A stretch of DNA of 61,007 nucleotides, filler included, from 7 parts of 7 records of this genome joined end to end with filler, not necessarily neighbours in it; one strand, 5' to 3'; counted from the whole stretch's first letter, positions 39,922 to 49,358 are shown. Program-made: numbers and translations. The notes: generated by a model not told the origin, from the letters alone.

Positions 39922-41847
39922 TCATTCTTTTTGAGGCATACCTGTTCCCAGAAAAACTAGCTTTGTCTCTATAGGAGCACCGCCGTCCTCATCCATAGTG
40001 ATATCATCTCTTTTGACCTCGATCCTCACATCTTCAGGTCTGATATCCGAATCTTCCATATACTTCATGATGAGTTCCCTGCCGTGCTGGTTTGCGTACT
40101 CAATAGCTTCGGAATGAGTTGAGAACTCCTTTCTTTCCACTGGAGAGAATACCAGAATGGTTCTTTCGGTCTTCTTGTAGAATGACTTGACAAGTATCTC
40201 TATGTTCTTGACACCTTTACCTACCAATGCTCCCACAGCATTACCAACCTCGGCATGTTCGGGAACTATGATATCAGCAACCAGCATCCTGTTAAGTTCC
40301 TCAACATATGAGTGAACAGGTCCGCCTAGCAGCACCACAGGGACGTTGACCTTGAACTGTGAGAGGAAATCCCCACGTATCATTTTCTCGATCTCGGACT
40401 TCGAAACCCCTTTGTACATGAAGCTCATGAGGTCAAGTGCCATATTGACGGCGACTTCCTTCTTGATAAGCCTGCAAAGCTCCATGTCATCCAGTGATGT
40501 GTGCCTTGCAAGTATCTTGGCACCGGTGAGAGAGGCTTCCCTGTTCCATTGGCTATATTCTCCAAGCACATGGAGCACATCAGTAGGAGTGAATCCTATA
40601 GCCTGTACAAGCCTTTTCTGTATGAGTGAGTCAACACTGTCCGGGGATATCGGCTTTCCTATCTGCCAGAAGATATCGTTGAGGGAAACAGGTTCCTCTC
40701 CTATTATCTCCAGAAGCTCCTTCTCAAACGAACTTACGTTAACGGCTTCTTTGCCAGTGCTTACAAAGAACTTTGTAGGCTGGACATTTTCCGCAAGCAT
40801 GACCCTTGAAGGTGTCCTGCCGGACCTCAACAGGTCCATGAATCCGGGGTACTTTACAGCAGCAAGGCAGAGTGGTACAACCCTGCGAGGTCCAATATTG
40901 ACATTACGGCTCTTTATCCATACATGGCTGTCCCCGCCCATTGCGGATGTTTCCATGCGGATTGCTTTGACCTTCGTGTGCCAGCCACCGACAACGGCTC
41001 CCGTATCCACAAGCTCCGGGAGGCCATTATAGTTGAGTGAAACATCGGTGCTGGTCCCTCCAACATCGATAACGGCACATGTATCATTGCCTGAAAGAAA
41101 TGATGCACCCATGAGACTTGCAGCAGGTCCTGAGAATATGGATTCGATAGGTTTTTCCATGGCCTCATGGATGCCTATCACAGATCCGTCACATTTGAGC
41201 ATCATAAGCTTTGCATCGATCCCTCTTTTCTTAATGTCGGTGAGTATTGCATGGATGAATTGATCTGCTATTGGAAGTAGTTGTGCGTTAAGGTACGCGG
41301 TAACGCCTCTTTCGTATGCACCAAGATCCTGTGACAGTTCATGTCCGCAGACTATGGGAAGTCCTGTCAGTTCCGCAAGCATATCTCTCACCTTAATCTC
41401 ATGTTCTGGATTGCGGATGCTGAAATATGAGGATACTGCAAAGGCCGATACCCTGTCCTTTACCTTTAGGGCATATTCCCTGATTGTTTCGATATCGAGA
41501 ATATCATCCTCAAGTCCGGCCACATTGTGCCCGCCTTTTACAACGATGTAGTCGTCAATTGGTGTGATTGCAGGCAGGGTGTGTTGCCCTATCAGGATAA
41601 GAGCAACAGGGTAGCCTGTTTTCTCAAGTATCGTGTTGGTTGCGAGGGTGGTTGATACTGATACCAGCCTTATGTCGGGCAGATACTTGCTGTCCAGCCC
41701 GTCAATGGCGTTCTCAATACCTGTCAGCAGGTCTGGATATGTCGTGAGCGCCTTGTTCGAATCGACTACCTTCCTGTCCTCATCTCTGACTATCACTGCA
41801 TCGGTGTATGTTCCACCGGCATCTATTCCAAGACTATATTGGATCAT
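39922..41847 (-). CDS. Hydantoinase/oxoprolinase A-family ATP-binding protein
   Basis: GIDAGGTYTD, STTLATN, SGPAAS, DVGGTSTD, GGDS. Confidence 0.92.
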   Translation of the reverse strand: MIQYSLGIDAGGTYTDAVIVRDEDRKVVDSNKALTTYPDLLTGIENAIDGLDSKYLPDIRLVSVSTTLATNTILEKTGYPVALILIGQHTLPAITPIDDYIVVKGGHNVAGLEDDILDIETIREYALKVKDRVSAFAVSSYFSIRNPEHEIKVRDMLAELTGLPIVCGHELSQDLGAYERGVTAYLNAQLLPIADQFIHAILTDIKKRGIDAKLMMLKCDGSVIGIHEAMEKPIESIFSGPAASLMGASFLSGNDTCAVIDVGGTSTDVSLNYNGLPELVDTGAVVGGWHTKVKAIRMETSAMGGDSHVWIKSRNVNIGPRRVVPLCLAAVKYPGFMDLLRSGRTPSRVMLAENVQPTKFFVSTGKEAVNVSSFEKELLEIIGEEPVSLNDIFWQIGKPISPDSVDSLIQKRLVQAIGFTPTDVLHVLGEYSQWNREASLTGAKILARHTSLDDMELCRLIKKEVAVNMALDLMSFMYKGVSKSEIEKMIRGDFLSQFKVNVPVVLLGGPVHSYVEELNRMLVADIIVPEHAEVGNAVGALVGKGVKNIEILVKSFYKKTERTILVFSPVERKEFSTHSEAIEYANQHGRELIMKYMEDSDIRPEDVRIEVKRDDITMDEDGGAPIETKLVFLGTGMPQKE

Positions 41848-43793
41848 TCTACCTCCACTTTTCTGTTCCTTCCAGCTTCCCCGATACCTGAGAAAGTAAG
41901 CTTTGTTTCCACAGGAAGTCCACCTTCATGTGTAACGATATCATTTCGATGCATATCGATGCTGACCTCGGTGGTGTCTAGCCCGGCATCGCTCATGTAA
42001 TTCATAATAAGTTTGCTGCCAATCTCTTCGCCGAATTCCAGGGCTTCATGATACGATGCAAACTCTTCCCTTCCTCCAGGGAAGAAGGTAACAAAAGATG
42101 ATGTTTTAAGATTGTATTTCGATTCGGTGTAGTTGGCCTTTATCAGAACCTCCAGTTTCCTGGCTCCCTTTCCTGCTACCGCTCCAACGGCATTTCCCAC
42201 ACTGCAGTGTTCTGGTACGATGATCTCTGCATCTATGTACTCTGCAAGTTCTTCTGCATAGGCTCTGACCGGTCCGCCAAGCAGGACGACAGGCAGGTCC
42301 ACCTTGAATCTGGCAAAGAACTTTCCTTTGAGCACCTTATTGATCTCCTCCCTGCTGACCTCCTCAAGCAAGAACGCTATCAAGTTCAGTGCCATGTTCC
42401 TTGCTACATCCTTCTTTATCCACAGGCAAAGTTCATCTTCATCGGTATCGGAAAGTGCTGCCAGTATACCGGCCCCGATAACTGAGGCTTCTCTGTTCCA
42501 TTGGGTGTATTCTCCAAGAACATGGAGGGCATCGGTGGTTGTGAATCCTATTGTCCTGACGAGTCTTTTCTGTATCAGCAGGTCAAGGGTTCTGGGATTT
42601 GGTAATCTGTTCTCGTTCCAGTATATCTCACTGACAGTCAGGGGTCTGTTACCTATCCTTGAGAAGAGTTCCTCTTCAACAGGACTTAGATTGGTTGCTT
42701 TGAGTCCGGAGCGCAGGAAGAACTTGGTGGGCTGGAGATTTTCTCCCATCTGGTTACGAAGGATCACCTGATTCTGCCTGAGCTTTTCAGTTATCTCAGG
42801 AAATTCCACAGCAGCAAGGCAAAGCGGTATGACCCTGCGAGGTCCGATGTTGACAATGTGGTTCCTGATCCACACATGGCTGTCCCCGCCCATTGCAGCT
42901 GTTTCCATGCGTATGGCCCTGACCTTTGTCTGCCAGCCACCTACCACGGCACCGGCTTCACTGAGTTCCGGTACTCCACGGTGTATCAGGGAAACATCGG
43001 TACTTGTTCCTCCAACGTCGATAACGACACAATCCTCATTTTCAGAGAGATATGCTGCACCTACAAGACTTGCAGCCGGACCTGAGAATACAGATTCTAT
43101 TGGTTTTTTCAGGGCTTCACTGATACCGACTACAGAGCCGTCACATTTGAGCATCATCAGTTTCGCATCTATATTCCTTCTTTCTAATTCGGAACTGACG
43201 GCTTCCATGAAATGGCTGGATATGGGAATGAGCCTGGCATTCAGGTATGCGGTAATGCCTCTTTCGTATGCTCCAAGATCCTGTGAAAGCTCGTGTCCGC
43301 AAACCACGGGGAGCCCGCTCAGTTCGGTGATAAGTTCCTTTATCCTCAGTTCATGATCCGGGTTGCGGACACTGAAGTAGGATGAGACAGCAAATGCAGA
43401 GACCTTATTCCTGACATTGAGGACGAAGTCCCGCACGGGTTCAAGTTCCAGTGGGCATACTTCGTTTCCGGCACTGTTATGTCCTCCTTTTACAAGGGTG
43501 AAATGTTCTATCTTCTCCCTGTTCGGTATGTCCGAATCATTGGCAAGGATAAGTGCAACAGGGTATCCTGTTCCTTCAAGGACACTGTTGGTTGCAAGGG
43601 TAGTAGAAACAGATGCGTAGCGGACATGTTCCAGGCGATGAGGGTCCAGTCCGTCAAGTGTGCTCCTGATACCGGTCAAAAGGTTAGGATAGGTTGTGAG
43701 CGATTTATTGGAATCTATTATCTTTCCGTCAGAGTCCCTGATAAGAACAGCATCAGTATAGGTGCCTCCGGCATCTATCCCCAGGCTGTACAT
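41844..43793 (-). CDS. Hydantoinase/oxoprolinase A-family protein, tandem paralogue
   Basis: Same motifs; GGAGG RBS before MYSLGIDAGG; ATGA overlap with the downstream paralogue. Confidence 0.92.
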   Translation of the reverse strand: MYSLGIDAGGTYTDAVLIRDSDGKIIDSNKSLTTYPNLLTGIRSTLDGLDPHRLEHVRYASVSTTLATNSVLEGTGYPVALILANDSDIPNREKIEHFTLVKGGHNSAGNEVCPLELEPVRDFVLNVRNKVSAFAVSSYFSVRNPDHELRIKELITELSGLPVVCGHELSQDLGAYERGITAYLNARLIPISSHFMEAVSSELERRNIDAKLMMLKCDGSVVGISEALKKPIESVFSGPAASLVGAAYLSENEDCVVIDVGGTSTDVSLIHRGVPELSEAGAVVGGWQTKVRAIRMETAAMGGDSHVWIRNHIVNIGPRRVIPLCLAAVEFPEITEKLRQNQVILRNQMGENLQPTKFFLRSGLKATNLSPVEEELFSRIGNRPLTVSEIYWNENRLPNPRTLDLLIQKRLVRTIGFTTTDALHVLGEYTQWNREASVIGAGILAALSDTDEDELCLWIKKDVARNMALNLIAFLLEEVSREEINKVLKGKFFARFKVDLPVVLLGGPVRAYAEELAEYIDAEIIVPEHCSVGNAVGAVAGKGARKLEVLIKANYTESKYNLKTSSFVTFFPGGREEFASYHEALEFGEEIGSKLIMNYMSDAGLDTTEVSIDMHRNDIVTHEGGLPVETKLTFSGIGEAGRNRKVEVE

Positions 43794-44091
43794 CAAAGTA
43801 CCTCCTAGGTGCTTTTTAACTTCAGAATACAATTCTCAGGGACAGTACATAGTATCAGGGGTCGGATACTTTCAGAATGAGGGATCTTAATATTCATAGT
43901 TTTTACAAGTGACATCTGCAAACCTCAAAACAAGATAGGTAAATACAAGATATAGGAAATTCCTGCTCCTTTCTGTTCTAGTGGAGATAGAGCGAAGGAG
44001 CAATTGAAGGAGGTAGAATTTCCACGAGGTGACTACCCGATATAGACCCATTTTTAATCAAGGTAAATTGTCTACTCTCAAATAACAGTTA

Positions 44092-44191
44092 NNNNNNNNN
44101 NNNNNNNNNNNNNNNNNNNNNNNNNNNNNNNNNNNTTAATTAATTAANNNNNNNNNNNNNNNNNNNNNNNNNNNNNNNNNNNNNNNNNNNN
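44092..44191. other. Artificial contig spacer 6
   Basis: 100 nt of N containing TTAATTAATTAA. Confidence 0.98.
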
Positions 44192-44223
44192 TTTGCTCAC
44201 AATAATCTGAAAGGAGTTTTTAT

Positions 44224-44667
44224 ATGAAAAAAAGCAGCTATCTTATCTATCTGGTCCTCTCGTTGACCAGCCTCAGCGCACTGGTCCTTTTCACAGGAAC
44301 GAGTATGCTGTTCTATATCGATGTCCCCAGCCTGCTGGTGATACTGATCTTCCTCTGCATCCTCACGATCTTCCAGACGGGAGTGAAGCGGACTCTGGGC
44401 TATTACAGATGTGTTTTCGATCCCCGGGCGGACAAGGTCCTGGTCAGAGAAGCGGCGGGATATTTCTCGTCCCTGAGCCTCTATACCATGGCGGTGGGAA
44501 GCGTCGTCTTCTTCACAGGGCTCATAGCGGTCCTGGGCAACCTGGAGGACAGGAGCTCGGTAGGCCCCAATCTGGCGGTGGCCCTGATCACCCTCCTCTA
44601 CGCCGCCATACTCTGCATCCTGATATTCCTGCCCTTTAAGATCGCCCTGGAAAAGAGGTTCGATTAA
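44224..44667 (+). CDS. Short MotA/TolQ/ExbB-like membrane protein
   Basis: AAGGAG RBS; IDVPSLLVI and GLIAVLGNLED..SVGPNLAVALITLLYA resemble MotA TM segments. Confidence 0.65.
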   Translation: MKKSSYLIYLVLSLTSLSALVLFTGTSMLFYIDVPSLLVILIFLCILTIFQTGVKRTLGYYRCVFDPRADKVLVREAAGYFSSLSLYTMAVGSVVFFTGLIAVLGNLEDRSSVGPNLAVALITLLYAAILCILIFLPFKIALEKRFD

Positions 44668-44709
44668 AGATATATTGTTCATTAAAAGGATAACAAGGAT
44701 AGCCCCGCT

Positions 44710-45234
44710 TTGAAGATCAGACACGAATACCTGGACACGCTGCCCGTCCGCAGGATGAAAGGCAGCGAGCTTATGAACCTTCTCTTCGAGATCATCTTCC
44801 TGTTCTTCATAGGGCTGGCCGTGCTGATCGCCCTGGAAGTCCTGCTGATCATGGCGGATTATATGGGGGAAACCGATTCCCTTTTGATCTTCAGGACGGG
44901 TCAGATCGCTATACTCATCCTCCTGATCATCGATCCCATAGCCTTTCGGCCGCGCCTGGGAGATCTGTTCTCCCGCAGGGTGTTGGAATGGAAGGACGCG
45001 GAGATACACGATCTGTACGACCGGAAGCCAAGGCTCGGCCAGATCCCCTGGAGAATGCGCTTGAGCGATCCGACCGGACATTACATCCTCAATCTGGAGA
45101 ACAGATACGAGGTCGGCGTCCGCTACAAAAACTACTGCCGCTTCCAGAAGGGCGACAAGGTCACCCTCGTGGTCGGGGCGAGAAGCAAGTCGGTCATGGC
45201 CGTCTACAACGCTCTCCCGGAGGAAGAGGCATAG
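44710..45234 (+). CDS. Hypothetical membrane protein
   Basis: Two TM segments plus a small beta-rich tail (FQKGDKVTLVVG); AAGGA RBS before TTG. Confidence 0.6.
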   Translation: MKIRHEYLDTLPVRRMKGSELMNLLFEIIFLFFIGLAVLIALEVLLIMADYMGETDSLLIFRTGQIAILILLIIDPIAFRPRLGDLFSRRVLEWKDAEIHDLYDRKPRLGQIPWRMRLSDPTGHYILNLENRYEVGVRYKNYCRFQKGDKVTLVVGARSKSVMAVYNALPEEEA

Positions 45235-45459
45235 CTCCCCAATCCGCTGCCTCTTCAGACAGCTCGGCTCCCGATAAGGCCGGACAGGCCGAAGCCCGTT
45301 CCCCTCGAGTATGGAGAACGGATTCCATGTTTTCCGGAATCCTGCGACTCGTATGGCAAAGAATGCAAAAGGCCAGGATCTTACCCATCCCCGCGCTCAG
45401 CGCTTCCCGACGGAGAATGATACCGGCGCTGTGAAAGACCATTCAATCGGAAACACACA

Positions 45460-46047
45460 TCAACTGTCTTTGCAGGCCATGACCGTAAACCCCTTAAACC
45501 CGTCCTCCACCAGGATCCCGGAAAATCCGTATTCGATAAGCTTCAGATGGAAATAATCACCATCGGGGAGCACATCTCTCCGGACCTCATGCTTCCTGCG
45601 GTGGAGATCATTCAACTCCTCCCGGCTCATTGAATGGGCAATGACCAGCATTCCCCGGTCTTTGAGATAATCCCAGGCGTTGACAAAGGCCTTTTCAAAA
45701 TTGGAGAGATGAGGAAAGGCGTTGAAAATAACGACCTTGTCTTTGCTCGCTCTTTCTCGAACTGGTTCCAGAAAAGACTGACACCGTATCTTCAATCCAG
45801 GAAATTTCTCAGCCAGGATTCCCGTCATTACCGGAGAACTGTCCATAGCCGTTATGTCCCTCACCCCCTTGCTTCTGTAAAAAGGAATCATGATACCCGT
45901 TCCGGAGCCCACATCCAGAACGGCATCGCCTGCGCAAATGGGGATGCGTTTGACAAGCCGCTCTGCAGACTGTGTATCCCGGCGCTGTATCCTTCTATCC
46001 CATGAAGGGGCGATGCGGTCGAAGAACGAAGGGCTTGTCCCGTCCAT
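45460..46047 (-). CDS. Class I SAM-dependent methyltransferase
   Basis: FFDRIAPSWD, VLDVGSGTG motif I, FNAFPH, HSMSREELN..H; TGATG-coupled to the upstream gene. Confidence 0.9.
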   Translation of the reverse strand: MDGTSPSFFDRIAPSWDRRIQRRDTQSAERLVKRIPICAGDAVLDVGSGTGIMIPFYRSKGVRDITAMDSSPVMTGILAEKFPGLKIRCQSFLEPVRERASKDKVVIFNAFPHLSNFEKAFVNAWDYLKDRGMLVIAHSMSREELNDLHRRKHEVRRDVLPDGDYFHLKLIEYGFSGILVEDGFKGFTVMACKDS

Positions 46048-47189
46048 CAGAAAGTGGGCGCCATGCCCGTATACAGGATGTCATGATCCCAGTGGATTCG
46101 GCTGGATACCGCAAGATGGGGGACCGCTCGCAGCAAGACGGATTCATTTTTAATAAATGAACGGCAGAGGGGATCGGCGACCACTGTCTCAGGAGCCAGA
46201 TCCTCCAATAGCCGGGACAGGTGTCTTTCCGATTCGATCATATGATCCCACTCCGTCTTCAGCTTCTTATCCAGTGAGAAAAAGCTAGCCGTATGGACAT
46301 GATGAATTCCCAGGTCCAGCTGGAAGTGGCGGCGCACGCTATCTGCCCATATCTGATCGCCGATGATCAGCACATCGCTCCTGTCCGCTCCGCCTTCGGG
46401 CGTCGGATCATATGGAATGTTCTCATACATCCGGATCTCAGAAGCCAGGCGCGCCGATTGACGTTTGCCAACGGGAACACCCGTCACATAGGGCATCCCG
46501 TGTTTCCGCTTCAGCCAGCGGGCCGCCTTGAGCCCTGAATAGGACACGACCAGATTGACCTCCGCTCCGAGGCTTCGCTTCACAGAAGAGAGATCGTCAT
46601 CCCTTCCCCAGATGCCGTTGATAGCAATACCATGATACGCCAGGGCCTCCCGAATCCCGTCGACCTGCCCGTTGTTCCAGAAATCCATGGCCGAAGCGCC
46701 TATGATATTCACTGCCCCCCGGGGCCCGGAAGCGAAACGATCGGAATCGACAAAGTGCTTCGCCAGCTCAAGATAGGCATTAGCAGCCCCGATCTCGTAT
46801 GTATCGATCCCCGTGGTGTTGATGGTCATGACAGGGATGCTCCTGTCTTTCCGGATGATACTCCCCACACCTTTGTGGTCGCTGGCGATGACAGCAGAGT
46901 TGGGAGTGCCCATGATGGCTATGAAGCTGATATCCAAATCTCCGACGGAGTTTTCAATTTTCTCCTTCAAAGAGTCTTCATCCCCGGTTATAGCTTTCAT
47001 TTCCCGAAGCCCACTGGAATAGATTGGGACTTTATAGTCGAAGAACCGCGGCTCGTCATAGCCTGTGACATTCCCGATGCAGCCGTCCGCGCCATTGATG
47101 ATCAATGCCCCCCCAAGGGTGAACAACACGGAGGAAGCTCCTGAGTAGTCGGGAGCGAGGGGAGGGATTCTTTTCATAAGACCTTTCAT
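46047..47189 (-). CDS. Nitrogenase component-1-like subunit (NifK/BchB-like)
   Basis: PDYSGA, GADGC, SSGLRE..AITGDED, NTTG...Y..G, VNIIG, NLVVS..G..AA..L....GMPY, DVLIIGDQ. Confidence 0.85.
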   Translation of the reverse strand: MKGLMKRIPPLAPDYSGASSVLFTLGGALIINGADGCIGNVTGYDEPRFFDYKVPIYSSGLREMKAITGDEDSLKEKIENSVGDLDISFIAIMGTPNSAVIASDHKGVGSIIRKDRSIPVMTINTTGIDTYEIGAANAYLELAKHFVDSDRFASGPRGAVNIIGASAMDFWNNGQVDGIREALAYHGIAINGIWGRDDDLSSVKRSLGAEVNLVVSYSGLKAARWLKRKHGMPYVTGVPVGKRQSARLASEIRMYENIPYDPTPEGGADRSDVLIIGDQIWADSVRRHFQLDLGIHHVHTASFFSLDKKLKTEWDHMIESERHLSRLLEDLAPETVVADPLCRSFIKNESVLLRAVPHLAVSSRIHWDHDILYTGMAPTF

Positions 47190-47197
47190 ATCATCTC

Positions 47198-48520
47198 CTA
47201 CAGAACCAGATTTTGTGAATACACATGCTCTTTGAGAGTTTTCGTGAATTCGTCGGCATTGAGGATTTTCTCTATCAGTTTTTTAGTCCCCCTGAAGCCG
47301 AAGAGGTTCTCATCCTCCGAGATTTCTATCAGACGCCCCAGTTTGAAATAAGCGGGAGTATCCAGACCGAATCCATAATCGACCTCGTCAAGGTAACCTT
47401 TTACGCAAGAAAGGCTGGGCTCGACGCTGGGTATGATCCTCATCCGAGGCGCGTGCTCCGCCAGCCAGGGGAGATGACATCGCTCGAAAGGTTTCACGAA
47501 TCCCGCCGTCAGATATTTGACCGTCATTCCCATTTCGGAAAGGAACCGAGCCAGCTCGAATGCCGCTCCCTGCAGGGCCGTCCCGATAACAGCTGTTTTC
47601 CCATTCAGATCCGCCCGAACGCTTTCAAGATATGAACTGAGTTCCTCCTCATAGGCCGCATATTCCAAGGGCCTTCCCAGATAATCTTCGAGGATCCGAT
47701 AATTTTCACGGATTCCTTCCGGGCGGAAAACGCTGAAGACTCCGGCGAAGCTTTGCCCCTGCTCTCTCTCCAGCGCCTCCGCGGCCCTCAGACCGGGCAG
47801 GCCGATCAACAGATTCCCGGAAGCGGAAGCCATGGCCTTATGGTCTTCAAAGGTTTCGAAACCGGCGATATGCTGTAAAGGCTTCAGACCCGCTTCTTTC
47901 AGAACAATGTGAATTTCCGAGTCAGAATCCAGAGGGCAAGGCGTTCCCAGAGTGTTGTAAAGCCCTTCGACGGGTCTTTCCTTGTCCAGAAAATCATGCA
48001 TGGTTTTATAGATCATCATCTGAGGGGGCTTCCTGGAAAGGGACATAAGGGGATTCATTCTTCCTCTTCTTATGGGGATGCCGTGCTTCTCTTCCAGCTT
48101 TTCGAAAACCGCATCGTAATCGGAACCCAACAGGTCGTCTATGCAGGTTGTGAACAGCATGATGCCCTTAGGGCGCTCTCCTTCGATGAGCTCTTCCAGC
48201 GCTTCTTCGGTTTTGGCGAGATGCCCGCCCGTCACGATATCCACTTCGGCTATGGGAAGGTAGGAAAGGCTCCCTTCCAGCCCCTCTTTCATACAGGCGA
48301 TTCCTCCGTGGCGTCCGCAGCCCATGGGGATCACAAATACGACGGCGACCTGAGGGACCTGGAACGCCATCTTAACCATACCCCAATGCCCTGCTCCGGG
48401 AGGACAGTAATGGGGAAGGGTCTCCCTGTTGATACGGTATTTCCTGGGTTTGATCTCTTCCTCAAGATCCCCGATGGCGATGGTGCGGAGGGTATCGGTT
48501 CTGGTATCGCTTAAGGTCAA
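47198..48520 (-). CDS. Nitrogenase component-1-like subunit (NifD/BchN-like)
   Basis: PMGCGRH, EVDIVTG, TTCIDDLLGSD, LNGKTAVIG, ELARFLSEMGM, FGFRG. Confidence 0.88.
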   Translation of the reverse strand: MTLSDTRTDTLRTIAIGDLEEEIKPRKYRINRETLPHYCPPGAGHWGMVKMAFQVPQVAVVFVIPMGCGRHGGIACMKEGLEGSLSYLPIAEVDIVTGGHLAKTEEALEELIEGERPKGIMLFTTCIDDLLGSDYDAVFEKLEEKHGIPIRRGRMNPLMSLSRKPPQMMIYKTMHDFLDKERPVEGLYNTLGTPCPLDSDSEIHIVLKEAGLKPLQHIAGFETFEDHKAMASASGNLLIGLPGLRAAEALEREQGQSFAGVFSVFRPEGIRENYRILEDYLGRPLEYAAYEEELSSYLESVRADLNGKTAVIGTALQGAAFELARFLSEMGMTVKYLTAGFVKPFERCHLPWLAEHAPRMRIIPSVEPSLSCVKGYLDEVDYGFGLDTPAYFKLGRLIEISEDENLFGFRGTKKLIEKILNADEFTKTLKEHVYSQNLVL

Positions 48521-49272
48521 AAGGTCCCTCCTTCTATGATCCTCCGGGCGATCGAAAGGAAATTTCGAGAAATGGGTAGGAGGGGATCGCCTTCGATCAC
48601 GGTCTGGTTCCTGTTTTCATAGACCTGGATATTCCCATCGCGCTCGACCGTTCCGATCAGATCCGCTCCGCAGCTGTCGACGAACGCCCCTACGATGGCT
48701 TCCTCATTCTCAATATTCCTCTTGTTGTGAATGACCCCGAGAAGCTCGACGCCGTTCCGTTCGCTGAATGTATCCACGGCCATGCGGATATTGCCGGCGG
48801 CGAACAGAGCCATCTTTTCTCCCGAAGTGACTATGATGACCTCATCGGCATACCCGTTTCTCATGGGCATGGCAAAACCGCCGCATACCACATCTCCCAG
48901 AACATCGTAGAAAACGAAATCAGGTTCATACACATCGAAGGCTTCCAGCTCATCCAGCAACTCAAAGGTTGTGACGATGCCCCGGCCGGCGCATCCTACG
49001 CCGGGGGTCGGCCCCCCGGCTTCGAAGCAGACGACTCCCCCGTAGCCGATATTCGCGATATCCTCCAGATCATCACAGTTTCCGTTTTCGTCCAGATACC
49101 GGATAACCGAGACGGTCTCACGTCCTCCTGTGAGATTCAATGTGGAATCAGCTTTGGGATCGCAACCGATCTGCATGACCTTATACCCTTCAGAGGCGAT
49201 GGCCGCCGACAAAGAGCTGGTGACAGTCGATTTGCCTATCCCTCCTTTACCGTATACTGCGATTTTTCTCAT
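48517..49272 (-). CDS. NifH/BchL/CfbC-family Fe protein (nitrogenase-like reductase)
   Basis: YGKGGIGKST, GCDPKADST, GGPTPGVGC(94)AGRG, DVLGDVVC(130)GGFAMP. Confidence 0.95.
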   Translation of the reverse strand: MRKIAVYGKGGIGKSTVTSSLSAAIASEGYKVMQIGCDPKADSTLNLTGGRETVSVIRYLDENGNCDDLEDIANIGYGGVVCFEAGGPTPGVGCAGRGIVTTFELLDELEAFDVYEPDFVFYDVLGDVVCGGFAMPMRNGYADEVIIVTSGEKMALFAAGNIRMAVDTFSERNGVELLGVIHNKRNIENEEAIVGAFVDSCGADLIGTVERDGNIQVYENRNQTVIEGDPLLPISRNFLSIARRIIEGGTF

Positions 49273-49301
49273 GGAAGACTCCCGTACTTAGAATGCCACC
49301 A

Positions 49302-49330
49302 ATGTTAATCTTAGCTAACTTTGTTGTCAA
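49302..49330 (-). promoter_or_regulatory. Sigma70-type promoter of the nitrogenase-like operon, overlapped by an operator
   Basis: Minus strand TTGACA (49330-49325), 17 nt, TAACAT (49307-49302); overlaps GTTAATCTTAGCTAAC (49304-49319). Confidence 0.7.
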
Positions 49331-49358
49331 TATCTTTCATTATTACGCTAGACTAATA

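Noticed and set aside
38779-43793. Pyrrolysine-containing ORFs in the archaeal contig
   Set aside because: All three genes are uninterrupted and end in TGA, so no amber read-through is needed.
12570-44191. TTAATTAATTAA as a biological repeat
   Set aside because: It is always centred in 100-nt N runs and is a synthetic all-frame stop linker.
46047-49272. A true nitrogen-fixation (nifHDK) operon
   Set aside because: D/K-like subunits are short and lack the full P-cluster and FeMo-co ligand sets. No nifB/E/N or PII genes are present, and the context is metal transport.
46047-49272. F430 biosynthesis (cfbCD) or DPOR/COR
   Set aside because: There are two different component-1 subunits (CfbD is a single type), no cfbA/B/E or bch/chl genes, and the contig is bacterial and non-phototroph-like.
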